IMG/VR virus record: IMGVR_UViG_3300011116_000834
Coordinates: 1-64,000 of that record
Direction: 5' to 3' (one strand)
DNA length: 64,000 nt
Source of the DNA: a virus
This document shows positions 45,832 to 56,213 of this stretch, piece by piece. Numbering within the stretch: the stretch's first letter is position 1; every line of letters begins with the position of its first letter. The notes beneath the pieces are model-generated. The model worked only from the letters and a program-made list of their open reading frames with translations. It ran no database searches and was not told the origin of the DNA. A program made the translations under genes and the position numbers.

Positions 45832-48144
45832 ATGGCTTTTAACACCACAATAAATCAATTAACAGGTACTTCGACATTCTATGATTGGTTCATAAAAGAG
45901 AACAATGAAATCATTGCTAAACTCAATCAGGCAACCGTATCTGGAGTTACTAGTGGAGATGGTGTTCTTGCATCGCTCAACTCTACCAGTGGATTGGTGA
46001 CAGTTTCAATAGGTGGAACTTCTGGTAATATTCAGTCTGGTCTTACTTTCTCTGGATCTGTAAATTTCTTAGGAGAGACCATTGTTCCAAATGCTTCCTT
46101 CAAGATATACGGAATTACATCTGGAACTTCTGGTTATAGTTTTGGTTCAGTAGTTCGTGTGACCAGCACTGGATATACTCTTGCACTTGCAAATAATCCA
46201 GATTCGGCAGAAATGATTGGTATTCTATCTGGAATCACAAATGCCTATTCAGTTGTCACTGTTTCTGGAAAAGTCTCTGGTAATTTTACCTCAGTTGCTG
46301 GATCTACTCTTTCAACTGGATGTGTATATTTCTTAAGTCCTTCATCTGCTGGACAAATAACCACAAGCGAACCAAGTACAATTGGATATGTCTCAAAACC
46401 AGTTCTTATTGGTCTGGGTGAAACAGCAGGAATGGTTGTCCAATATCGTGGCAATTACCTAAATTCAACAACAAGTGGTGGTCTCTCTGGAACAAATAAG
46501 ATCTATATAACTCTTCCTGCATCCTCGAATCCAGGATCATATGGATTTTCCGCTGGTAATTTCTTATCCTATGCCGCAGATCAAATGGTTGGAAATACCT
46601 ATTTTCACAAATATCTCATCGATACTGGAAGAACAGCAATAAATGGATGGTTCCTTTCGGGATCAAGCAATTTTACAAATACCACTCCTCTTACCATGGC
46701 AGAATATGGAATAAATGGTGAGGAGGATTTTGTTGTAGGAATGGTTGAAGGAGTCAGTACTAGTGGTGCCAATCTCATCTATCAATTGGTAACTCATGGC
46801 GCATCAACAGTAATTCCATATAGCATTAGTTCCACTGCAACCTCCAAGGTCGGAACCTGGTTGACAAAGGGTACCACATATAATATATCTGGAACTGGCA
46901 TAACTCAGATGGCAAAGGTCACATACAATCAATATAATCCAAGTCTCAGATTGGGATTTGTATTTGATGAGACCATTCCATATTGGTATATCGATATTGC
47001 CAAGGTCAATTTGAATTCAGCTGGATCTGTTCTATCTTCATTGACTGGAACCTCCTCAATGGCAAATGCTCAAAATTATGCCTTCAACGGTAATTTTGAA
47101 ATATGGCAAAGAAATGTTGGAAAATCTGCATATACTACAGCAGGTAATGTGTATTTTGCTGATAATTGGATTCGTCGTCAATCTGGTCTTGCTGGAGCAG
47201 TTCAAAGCATTCTTCGTCAAACCAATTCAACCACAAGTACTGATATAGAAGGAAATCCAACTTATTATGTTGATGTAAAGTGTGTTGCGGATCCAGGTGG
47301 CAGTACTCCTGCTTCGGATACCTACTCAATTGGACATGTAATTGAAAATATCAATACATTCAATGGTTCTAATATCACTGTAAGTTTCTACGCTAAATGT
47401 GCATTATCTGGTTATAGTGCGAATGTATATTTCGCTCGTTATTCTGGTGGTGTTCTTGTAAGCAAGTCCACAATAGAAACTATAGATCTTGCTACTTCAT
47501 GGACCAAATATACATCATCATATGAAGTTCCAACATTAACGGGAACTCCTCCATTTAGCGATGATTATGTTGAAATTGGAATTGATCTCATTCCGACAGT
47601 ACAACGAGCATATGACCTTTCATTATCAACGGGAACAAATTTAACTGTAAGTGTTGCATCATTTACAGTATATGATGGTATCTACAATTCACCATCTCAT
47701 ACCTTTGATAAGGTTGAAAATCAACTCAAAAAATGTCAAAAATTCTATTATTCGACATATTCCAATACGCAGACGATTGGAACACAAACTATGCTTGCCA
47801 ATGGTGAACCTGTTTTAAATTCCTATGTGTTCTCCTATCTTCCAAATACACCATTCTCTGTTGCAAAACTTCCAGTGGATATGCGTGCAGAACCTTCTGT
47901 GACAATCTATTCACCTCAAAGTGGCATTTCAACTGAAATGTATAACTACACATCAGGAAGAGATCTTCGTTATAGTGGAAGAACAGTTGGATATAACAAC
48001 CAAAGCAGAATTCCAACTCTTGGATCACCATCTGTAAGCACAGTCCAAGATACAACATCTATTCGAATTAATATTGGTGCGGGTGCGGTTCCTTATGATG
48101 TGTTAAATTGTCACATTGTCGCAGATGCCAGTTATCCCATCTAA
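45832..48144 (+). CDS. Tail fibre / structural protein
   Basis: TFYDW...NEII N-terminus; FNGNFEIWQR...ADNW...CQKFYY fibre-tip module. Confidence 0.75.
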   Translation: MAFNTTINQLTGTSTFYDWFIKENNEIIAKLNQATVSGVTSGDGVLASLNSTSGLVTVSIGGTSGNIQSGLTFSGSVNFLGETIVPNASFKIYGITSGTSGYSFGSVVRVTSTGYTLALANNPDSAEMIGILSGITNAYSVVTVSGKVSGNFTSVAGSTLSTGCVYFLSPSSAGQITTSEPSTIGYVSKPVLIGLGETAGMVVQYRGNYLNSTTSGGLSGTNKIYITLPASSNPGSYGFSAGNFLSYAADQMVGNTYFHKYLIDTGRTAINGWFLSGSSNFTNTTPLTMAEYGINGEEDFVVGMVEGVSTSGANLIYQLVTHGASTVIPYSISSTATSKVGTWLTKGTTYNISGTGITQMAKVTYNQYNPSLRLGFVFDETIPYWYIDIAKVNLNSAGSVLSSLTGTSSMANAQNYAFNGNFEIWQRNVGKSAYTTAGNVYFADNWIRRQSGLAGAVQSILRQTNSTTSTDIEGNPTYYVDVKCVADPGGSTPASDTYSIGHVIENINTFNGSNITVSFYAKCALSGYSANVYFARYSGGVLVSKSTIETIDLATSWTKYTSSYEVPTLTGTPPFSDDYVEIGIDLIPTVQRAYDLSLSTGTNLTVSVASFTVYDGIYNSPSHTFDKVENQLKKCQKFYYSTYSNTQTIGTQTMLANGEPVLNSYVFSYLPNTPFSVAKLPVDMRAEPSVTIYSPQSGISTEMYNYTSGRDLRYSGRTVGYNNQSRIPTLGSPSVSTVQDTTSIRINIGAGAVPYDVLNCHIVADASYPI

Positions 48145-48155
48145 TGGAGTAAACC

Positions 48156-49286
48156 ATGCCTAGTTGCAGTAATAGTTCCAATATCCAATCATCGATCAAT
48201 TCTCTTAGCGTAGTGCAAGGAGGATCTAGACTTCTGGTATCTATTCCATATACCGCAGGTCTGACCACTGGAAGCGTGGTTCGTTATGATGTGCCAACTT
48301 CTGGATTCACTGCATCAAAAGCAAATCTAGCAGAAACCTCCGAAGTATTTGGAGTTATTGAAACCTATGACTCCACCACTTCATTGTTTGGCGTTGTTAT
48401 TTATGGATCTATTTCCTTGGATTCTTCCAAATTTGCAGATATGGGCAGTGGTGGTGGTTCTGGAGGAAATGACATCTACTTTTTAAGTGGATTGACCGCT
48501 GGCAAATTACAAAATCTAGCACCAACTGATCTTGAACATGTTGTAAAACCAGTATATCAAGTATCTCCACATGGTTCATATACTGGTGTGATTGTAAATT
48601 ACCTTGGTTACAAGATAGGTGGAGATATACAGGCAAGTTATAAAAATGCCGAAGTAATTGGTAATATTCAGATAGTTGTAGGAGATGCCACCTTTGAAGA
48701 AGGTTATGTGGATGCTTCCATAGCACATGCATTACCAGTTTCGGATTATCCTGAATATTATGAAAAATATGGAACTAAGTATGGATATATTGAAAAGGTA
48801 ACTACTACTGATTCTATCCCTGGATCTGTTGTTCCGAATCAGATTGCTTCGCAATCATCATCTTCATATAAAGGAACAGTTGTATCGATAGATTATGGGA
48901 ATAAAGACATCTATTTGTATAAAGAAGCATTGACCGATCTTGCCTCGACTACTAAACAATTAGCAGTTAATACAAGTGCATCTACTAGTTCAAAACTAAC
49001 GATAGATTCGCTTGAAATATATTCCGTATATACTCCAATTGTCACTCTTACCCAACCACTTTCCGTAACTGGAAAAAATGGTGAGAATGTATCTATAACT
49101 CAACAAATTAAAATTGGATTTAAAGTTAAACCAATTGGAGTTCAAGTGTCAATTCCAACCAATGTAACCACAGAATCTTTAGCAACTACAACATTAGCAC
49201 TTGGAACATCTGGAGATGATGTAGAAACCATATTGAATGACTTTGAATCAAGAATATCAGCTATTGAATCAAGATTGAGAATGTAA
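48156..49286 (+). CDS. Structural / fibre-associated protein
   Basis: Shares the ASKAN..SEVFGVI / YFLS..AG module with 45832-48144; C-terminal coiled coil. Confidence 0.7.
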   Translation: MPSCSNSSNIQSSINSLSVVQGGSRLLVSIPYTAGLTTGSVVRYDVPTSGFTASKANLAETSEVFGVIETYDSTTSLFGVVIYGSISLDSSKFADMGSGGGSGGNDIYFLSGLTAGKLQNLAPTDLEHVVKPVYQVSPHGSYTGVIVNYLGYKIGGDIQASYKNAEVIGNIQIVVGDATFEEGYVDASIAHALPVSDYPEYYEKYGTKYGYIEKVTTTDSIPGSVVPNQIASQSSSSYKGTVVSIDYGNKDIYLYKEALTDLASTTKQLAVNTSASTSSKLTIDSLEIYSVYTPIVTLTQPLSVTGKNGENVSITQQIKIGFKVKPIGVQVSIPTNVTTESLATTTLALGTSGDDVETILNDFESRISAIESRLRM

Positions 49287-49287
49287 T

Positions 49288-52200
49288 ATGATTATAGGTA
49301 GTAGTCCATATCTTCAAAGAAAAATATTAGGAATAACTGGTCCAACTGGAGCAACTGGAATCACTGGTCCAGATGGTCATATTGGTGCCACTGGATATCA
49401 GGGAAACACTGGAAATACAGGTGGTAGTGTAGTTGGAATGACTTTGTCAAATTCAACTGTAATTACTACATTTTCCGATAATACTACATTTGTAGGAAGC
49501 AATATTCTAGGAGAAACTGGAAATTATTATATTTCAGTTGGTGCTGAAAATATTTCTGGAAATGGTATTGGAGTTGTTGCTGGAGTTTCATATTCAACAT
49601 TATCCAATGGAAATCTTCTAGGAAATGTCCGTATTCGTGGATTTACGACTTCGTCTTCCAGAACTGGAAATGCAGTTGTATCGATAAATGGTTCATTTGA
49701 TTCTCCAAATATTGGAATAACCTACAATTTAACAAATATTGCATATCTTGGTATATGTGGTGGTTCCAATGGTGAACTTATTGTTTATAAATCTGGTACA
49801 GAATTTTATGGATTGACTGGAACATATTACGATAGTACAGATAAAACTGTCGATATGCAAGTCATGAATTATGGTGAAAGAGTTCACTTTGTTCAACCAA
49901 TTAAAAAATCAATATATGATCCAGATACTGGAAATCAAACTGTTGGTAGATATTTCTATTGGCCTATTGATTGGGAAAAGGCAAATGTATTTGTATTGAA
50001 TTCCTTTGAAAGTAGTATAATTCCAGGTGAAAGAATCGATGGGCAAATTGTATTAGTACGCAATCCCCCATCTGGCGATGTTGCTAAAGGCATCACTATA
50101 GTAGTTCCTTCTGGCGTTACATCATCGAATAGTATCTTAACAAAATATGCAGTTACTGATACATTATCGACAGGAATTACTCTTGATATTGGAACATATT
50201 CCATTTCATGGCCATTATCCTATCCTCCATGTCTTACAACTGGAACTGATGTAATCAATATGATTTCATTGGATAATATCTGGTATGCAAATTTTGGTAA
50301 ATATAATAGTGGAACAGAACAAGTTCAATGGAACGCAGATTATTCTAATTGCTTAGGATCATTGAATCTTCAAGATGATCAAGTCACAAATCCAAATATT
50401 GGAACAGGAACACAGGGACCTCCACTTGATCCAATTTGTGGAACCAATCTCAATACCATAGGATTATGTTGCATTGCATGTTCATCTGGAGATTCCACCG
50501 TTACAACTTGTGAAGCGTGCAAACCACTTATTCAACAAGGTGTTGCTAGATTCTTCCCAGATCAAGGTGATGGATATCTAGGATGCACAGCAGAAACAGA
50601 TGTTAGAGGTATTTGCTGCTATAAAGATGTAAATGGCAATATAGTCAAGGATAGCGATCCACTTGGAATTCGTCTATGCGACTGCACAAGAAAAGCAAAT
50701 GCTTTTGTGGGACGACCTTGGTACAATTGGGAAGAATTCAGCGACTGTGTGCCCAACATTGATGCAATTAATTGTCAAAATTCATATGATAATGTAGGAG
50801 CATGTTGCGATGGATCTGGCAATTGCACATCCACAACTCAGGCAAACTGCACAAAATATTGGCAAGGAAAAGGTCGTGCTTGTTCATATTCTAATGGATT
50901 CAACACGATCTCTCCATGTCGTCAAGGTGCTGGTGGTTGCTGCAAGAATGGAATATGCAATGATGTAGTCGATGGTCAGACGAATTGCATTGATACTAAC
51001 GGTAAATTCTTTGGTTGTAATAATTACTGTGGTTCATTTGAATGTTCCATTGCATATAAGGGATGTTCTTGTGGCACCTCATTGACAGAAGATGCTTTCG
51101 TGGTTGAACAGCATTTATCATCTTCTAATGCTATATTACCAGATACCTGGGCATTCGAGCAACAAGGCAATCCAGCAGGAAGTGGAACTCTTACTCATCA
51201 ACTTAAGATTGGTGATGAATTTGCTGGAGGAATCGTCGCTGGTATTTTTAAACCAAAGGGAACTAGATGCTTTGGATCAACTGCAATGGGTGGTGTCCCT
51301 GCTGCTTATACTCCAGCAAAGAATGATGATAGTATTGCTTCTCACAATTTATTCAATTTTTTGAATACTTCATCTGAATCTAGTTGCGATTATTATTATA
51401 GTCAATACGATCCTTCTGGATATGGTTTCACTTTGCCAAGTGGACATAATGGCGATGAAGATGGTTGGTTATTGATTGTTAGTAAATTTCCAGTAATTAT
51501 AGATCAATATTATAATAATATACACAATACTGTAACATCTGGCGTAAATGGAAACCATCAGGCAGTTCCTTCTTCAGTTTTAAGTGGAACTGCTCCTGCA
51601 TTTCCTGCTACTACAAATTATGAAAATGGCACACCAACAACACTGAATGTCAATACAGGATCTCAATCAAATCAAGCAAGATATATCTATTCAAAGAATT
51701 TTAGATTAACTCATGGTGGAACTGCATTCTCATCCGTAGCATTTGATAAATTTACAGCTACAGCACCATCTACAACAGAACAATCAAGATCAAATTGGAA
51801 TCTTTGTGATTCACATCATCCAGGATCAAATATTCCACACGATGGTACATATGGAACAATAGGTGCTACTTATTGGGCAAATACCACCACATTCAATGAC
51901 TGTGCGGATACTCAATATACATGCAATGAATGCGCTGATTATCCGTTTGCCAGATCTAGAAGAGGTTGGGAATCTACTAAGGCAAGTCAGAATGGTAATT
52001 TCAGTAGAAATTGGGGATTATTTAATACAATAAGAATTATTAATTCTGATATATCTGAAATATATCTTCGACCTGGAAATGGTTTATATCCTGATTCTAA
52101 TAGAATTTTCTATGGCGGAAGACCATATACAGGTCTAGATCCAGATCCAGGATATACAGGACTATTTCAAATGGCAGGAACATTTGGATATACTCTTGCA

Positions 52201-53112
52201 TATCAATTAACTACTGCTGGAGAAGCATGTTCAATTTGGAATCGTTATTATTATCCATCTGATATTCCACCAAATCCAACATCTCCAACATTAACAAGTT
52301 TTGTTGCAGGAAAACAATTTGTTCCAAATGCAAATCGTCCAGATGGAACTCAATACAATAATGCAATCATTGGAAACACTCAATGGCTGGGAACTTTATA
52401 TCCTCAATTATCAAGATGGTATATTCCCAGCATTGATGAATTGGCATTCATTGCCGCACAATGCGTAGATCCTGTTGTGAATCTACAACAGAAAATTGCC
52501 GATGCTAAGGGAATAAGAATAGGAAATCTATTTGCAAATTCCACAACGCAAAATGCATTACCATCAACAGATGCAAATGCTGGATATGTATGGTCTTCTA
52601 CCATGACATTCAATGAAGTAGTGACTGCACAATATCTACAACCAGTAAATATAAGTCAACCTGGTGCAACTTCTGGTGGAGCATATACTGCGGCACAATT
52701 GACTAATGCTCATTTTACTAAAGCTTGGGCAATGAAATTCGATACTGGAACTGCTGCTGTTCTTCCAAATACTACTGCATTTAAAGTTGCAAAACGCAAT
52801 TCACAAAAATTATTAAATGATAATACAAATAATAGATTTGAATTGCGTTTAGTAAGACAGATAAGATGTGATCGTAAATTCTATTGGAATGGCGATAATA
52901 CAAGATATAGAAATACATTCTGGGCAGTTCCACGACTCACGCCATCAGATGTAGTCACTGGAATGCCTTTTGAAAATGCAGGACCTGTTGGATCTGCTGG
53001 ATTTACATTCCCAAATGCTACAAATCTTTCTTCATATATCAATGACCTAAATACTTTTATTGGAACTATTCATAAGAATAATATAAACAATACTGGTACT
53101 ATAACAGGATAA
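49288..53112 (+). CDS. Collagen-like, Cys-rich fibre with Lcl/DUF1566-like C-terminal domain
   Basis: G-x-T triplets; GxCC repeats; IGDEFAGG...WYIPSIDEL...YVWSS...LRLVR. Confidence 0.75.
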   Translation: MIIGSSPYLQRKILGITGPTGATGITGPDGHIGATGYQGNTGNTGGSVVGMTLSNSTVITTFSDNTTFVGSNILGETGNYYISVGAENISGNGIGVVAGVSYSTLSNGNLLGNVRIRGFTTSSSRTGNAVVSINGSFDSPNIGITYNLTNIAYLGICGGSNGELIVYKSGTEFYGLTGTYYDSTDKTVDMQVMNYGERVHFVQPIKKSIYDPDTGNQTVGRYFYWPIDWEKANVFVLNSFESSIIPGERIDGQIVLVRNPPSGDVAKGITIVVPSGVTSSNSILTKYAVTDTLSTGITLDIGTYSISWPLSYPPCLTTGTDVINMISLDNIWYANFGKYNSGTEQVQWNADYSNCLGSLNLQDDQVTNPNIGTGTQGPPLDPICGTNLNTIGLCCIACSSGDSTVTTCEACKPLIQQGVARFFPDQGDGYLGCTAETDVRGICCYKDVNGNIVKDSDPLGIRLCDCTRKANAFVGRPWYNWEEFSDCVPNIDAINCQNSYDNVGACCDGSGNCTSTTQANCTKYWQGKGRACSYSNGFNTISPCRQGAGGCCKNGICNDVVDGQTNCIDTNGKFFGCNNYCGSFECSIAYKGCSCGTSLTEDAFVVEQHLSSSNAILPDTWAFEQQGNPAGSGTLTHQLKIGDEFAGGIVAGIFKPKGTRCFGSTAMGGVPAAYTPAKNDDSIASHNLFNFLNTSSESSCDYYYSQYDPSGYGFTLPSGHNGDEDGWLLIVSKFPVIIDQYYNNIHNTVTSGVNGNHQAVPSSVLSGTAPAFPATTNYENGTPTTLNVNTGSQSNQARYIYSKNFRLTHGGTAFSSVAFDKFTATAPSTTEQSRSNWNLCDSHHPGSNIPHDGTYGTIGATYWANTTTFNDCADTQYTCNECADYPFARSRRGWESTKASQNGNFSRNWGLFNTIRIINSDISEIYLRPGNGLYPDSNRIFYGGRPYTGLDPDPGYTGLFQMAGTFGYTLAYQLTTAGEACSIWNRYYYPSDIPPNPTSPTLTSFVAGKQFVPNANRPDGTQYNNAIIGNTQWLGTLYPQLSRWYIPSIDELAFIAAQCVDPVVNLQQKIADAKGIRIGNLFANSTTQNALPSTDANAGYVWSSTMTFNEVVTAQYLQPVNISQPGATSGGAYTAAQLTNAHFTKAWAMKFDTGTAAVLPNTTAFKVAKRNSQKLLNDNTNNRFELRLVRQIRCDRKFYWNGDNTRYRNTFWAVPRLTPSDVVTGMPFENAGPVGSAGFTFPNATNLSSYINDLNTFIGTIHKNNINNTGTITG

Positions 53113-53126
53113 TTGGAAACAATAAA

Positions 53127-56100
53127 ATGATATATGGGTCATCTCGCATCAAACAAACCATAACAGGAACAGTTCCTGGTGCTGTACAAGGTTCAACTGG
53201 ACATATAGGTCCAACTGGCAATACTGGTCCAACTGGTCCTACAGGACCTATAGGTGCCACAGGTGCAACAGGAAATGGAATCACTGGAGCAACTGGAATT
53301 TCCACGGGAATTACATTTTATGGTAATGGGTTATCCTTTTCATTTTTAAATTTAAAGGGATCTGCGGGATCTGCTAATGGTAGCGAATATTATCAAGTAA
53401 TTGGACTTGGCATCGATTCAGCACAAATATCAACAAATATAGTTTATGGAGATGTTATACAAGTTGGTGCTGGACAGACAGCGTATTTCAAGAGTATATC
53501 GATTTCAGGGCAAGCACCAATTCCAAATGTATCTCCGTTTGTTGGTGTTAGTACTGATAATATCTCGGTAGTTTACATTTATGGTGCTACGGTATCAGAT
53601 GCAAATATGCCATTGGGTAATACTGGCGAATTGCTTTATGTAAATAGCAATGCTGGATTTGGATTAGGAACATTAAAGGCATCATCAGCACCTAGTACCA
53701 ATTGGATTCCATCTCAAAGACAACTTATAATAGATCAAAAAGCATTTAGGGAAGCAATATTCTCTAATAAAAATTGGTCTACAGTTGGATCTGATCCATT
53801 CTTATATTATACAACTCCTGTTGATTTTTCATATTATGGAACTCTAACTGGAGAAACATATGGAACATCCAATCTAGAAAACAATATAACTCCAAATTTT
53901 ATATACTATTCTGGATCTGGGTTGGATTCTTATGGATTAGTCAATGATCCAAACACATATCAAGACATATCAATTGGTCAGACAATAGTCCTTGGGTTGA
54001 CTAGTGGCGCAACAATGGAAAGAATAGATTTCATTAGTGCCACTGGGATTACATTTTCAAATACATATCTCCCCCAGAATATAGTCAGAAGTGATATTGG
54101 TTCCTGTTGTTTCTGCAATATGATCGATAAACAAAGAGTGTGCGTGGATTATGTCTCATCTTCATTCTGTTCAGCTCTTTCTGGAACCTTTGATACCAAT
54201 TCATGCAATGATAGAACTAGTGGATCTGATTGCTTCACTGAAGGTGCTTGCTGCATATATGATATTGAAACTGGATCAACTAGATGCATCAATACTACAA
54301 GAGAAAAATGCTCAACATACAATGGATATTTCAATGAATCAAAACAATGCGATAATGTTTGGGTAAATGGACAACTATTTTCATGCCCAACCAGTTTCTG
54401 CAATATAGGAACACGACAACTTGGCAAATGTTGCGTCCAAGGCAATTGCTTTAACTTAACAAAAGCAGATTGTGCTTCCGTATTTGGTTCTGTATTCTTT
54501 GCTGGTCAGACCTGCACATCCCAGACTAGTGATGCATCATGCTGCGGAACATTAGATCTTCGAGGATCATGCTGCGTACAAGGTAATTGTGTTGGCAATG
54601 TCACAGCACAACAATGTTCAACAACATATAATGGTATATTCCAAGGATCTGGAACCAAGTGCACAGAAGTCAATTGTTGCGGTTATTCATTCTCGGATGA
54701 TTATTTCAAAGGATCTTGTGCAGATTCATGCAAGGCATATGGATCACAACAGATCTATTCTTGCCTGAATATAGGCGATAAGATTGGTGGTGGATATTTT
54801 GCGGGATTTGTCGGTATGCCAAATCCGTGCAATAATTTTTCAACTCCAAATCTTGCATATGGTGAACCATTGGAATGCATGATATTCCCCCGAGGAGAAC
54901 TTGCAAATGTGCCTACATGGTATCTAAAGACATGCAATGGTACCGATGGTACAAATAATGAAGGGTGTATTGATTATTTTGCACGAACATATCCAATAAC
55001 ACTTCCAAAGAATTCATTGGATTCGCGGTGTATGCTCAAGGCAGGAGTTCCATTTGTTCAGCAAGCATACGCACTTGATGGAATCACATGGCCTTCTGAA
55101 ATGATGTTTAGTGGTGGATATCAATATAGCAGAAATCGTGGTGCATTCTCATACTCATTAGTTGGTTCTGGTCTTGCTGTTGAATACTTAGATGGCACAG
55201 AAACCAATCTATATCGTTATCTTGCATCAAAGGTTTATGGAAATAATGACATTCAAATCTTATGGGCATTGATTATTGCTCCTGAAGATGTTGAATTGGG
55301 AAGCGGTGAAAGGTCCTTATCATGGGGCATGATGCAAGGATGTCATAATCCTGATTCTTCTGGAATTCCGCAACAATTGGTTATTGAAGAAATTCCAACA
55401 TATCCAACTGATGGATTATTAACTACAAGATTGCACGATTCATCTTCCAAAAACAATGCAGATTATTGGTTCAGGGGAACAACTGATTCAAATGCATATA
55501 ATAGATTTAATTTTGGAAATGGACCAGCATGGGATATTGGAACAGATAAGACTACTATAACCACAAATAAGACTGAATTTTTAACTGCTTACAGCAAGAT
55601 GTGGGATAAAAAGAATCCTTTGGATTCTGCACTTCGCCAGATCTCCAATATAAATGAGAATTCAACATATGGATATAATGATTGGTATATTCCAAGCATA
55701 ATTGAATTGAATTATATTCAAGCAAACTCTGCTACATTAAATGCAGCTTTGGCGGTAAATGGGGATCAGATAATTGGTGGTTATGAATATTGGTCATCCA
55801 CCAGTGTAAGTAGACTTGCATCATGGGATGCTACCGATCCTCTCAACAAAGATTTATATCGGTTGGAAAATATTAGTTCTCAAATTGAACCATATCTAAG
55901 CGATCATAGAATAACCAGCAGTGATTCATTTGGACTCACTGAAGATGAAGCATATAAATTTACGCTTGCTGTATCCAATGGTCAAAAAATGCTTACTCAG
56001 GTATTTAATTCATTGCAAAACGATCAAATTGGTAGAATGATTTCTAGAAGTAGAGATAGCAAGATTGCCAATCTTCGTCCAGTTAGAAGAATACCACTTG

Positions 56101-56213
56101 TGGTAACTTGCAATGGATTCTATTATAGCAATAGAATTCTAAATAATTATTGGAGTTCAGGTAGCACAGGATGTGCTTCTTGCCTGGATGTCGCGGAAGG
56201 AATGTGTTCGTGA
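53127..56213 (+). CDS. Collagen-like, Cys-rich fibre with Lcl/DUF1566-like domain
   Basis: GPT triplets; GxCC repeats; IGDKIGGG...GYNDWYIPSIIEL...YWSST...LRPVRR. Confidence 0.75.
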   Translation: MIYGSSRIKQTITGTVPGAVQGSTGHIGPTGNTGPTGPTGPIGATGATGNGITGATGISTGITFYGNGLSFSFLNLKGSAGSANGSEYYQVIGLGIDSAQISTNIVYGDVIQVGAGQTAYFKSISISGQAPIPNVSPFVGVSTDNISVVYIYGATVSDANMPLGNTGELLYVNSNAGFGLGTLKASSAPSTNWIPSQRQLIIDQKAFREAIFSNKNWSTVGSDPFLYYTTPVDFSYYGTLTGETYGTSNLENNITPNFIYYSGSGLDSYGLVNDPNTYQDISIGQTIVLGLTSGATMERIDFISATGITFSNTYLPQNIVRSDIGSCCFCNMIDKQRVCVDYVSSSFCSALSGTFDTNSCNDRTSGSDCFTEGACCIYDIETGSTRCINTTREKCSTYNGYFNESKQCDNVWVNGQLFSCPTSFCNIGTRQLGKCCVQGNCFNLTKADCASVFGSVFFAGQTCTSQTSDASCCGTLDLRGSCCVQGNCVGNVTAQQCSTTYNGIFQGSGTKCTEVNCCGYSFSDDYFKGSCADSCKAYGSQQIYSCLNIGDKIGGGYFAGFVGMPNPCNNFSTPNLAYGEPLECMIFPRGELANVPTWYLKTCNGTDGTNNEGCIDYFARTYPITLPKNSLDSRCMLKAGVPFVQQAYALDGITWPSEMMFSGGYQYSRNRGAFSYSLVGSGLAVEYLDGTETNLYRYLASKVYGNNDIQILWALIIAPEDVELGSGERSLSWGMMQGCHNPDSSGIPQQLVIEEIPTYPTDGLLTTRLHDSSSKNNADYWFRGTTDSNAYNRFNFGNGPAWDIGTDKTTITTNKTEFLTAYSKMWDKKNPLDSALRQISNINENSTYGYNDWYIPSIIELNYIQANSATLNAALAVNGDQIIGGYEYWSSTSVSRLASWDATDPLNKDLYRLENISSQIEPYLSDHRITSSDSFGLTEDEAYKFTLAVSNGQKMLTQVFNSLQNDQIGRMISRSRDSKIANLRPVRRIPLVVTCNGFYYSNRILNNYWSSGSTGCASCLDVAEGMCS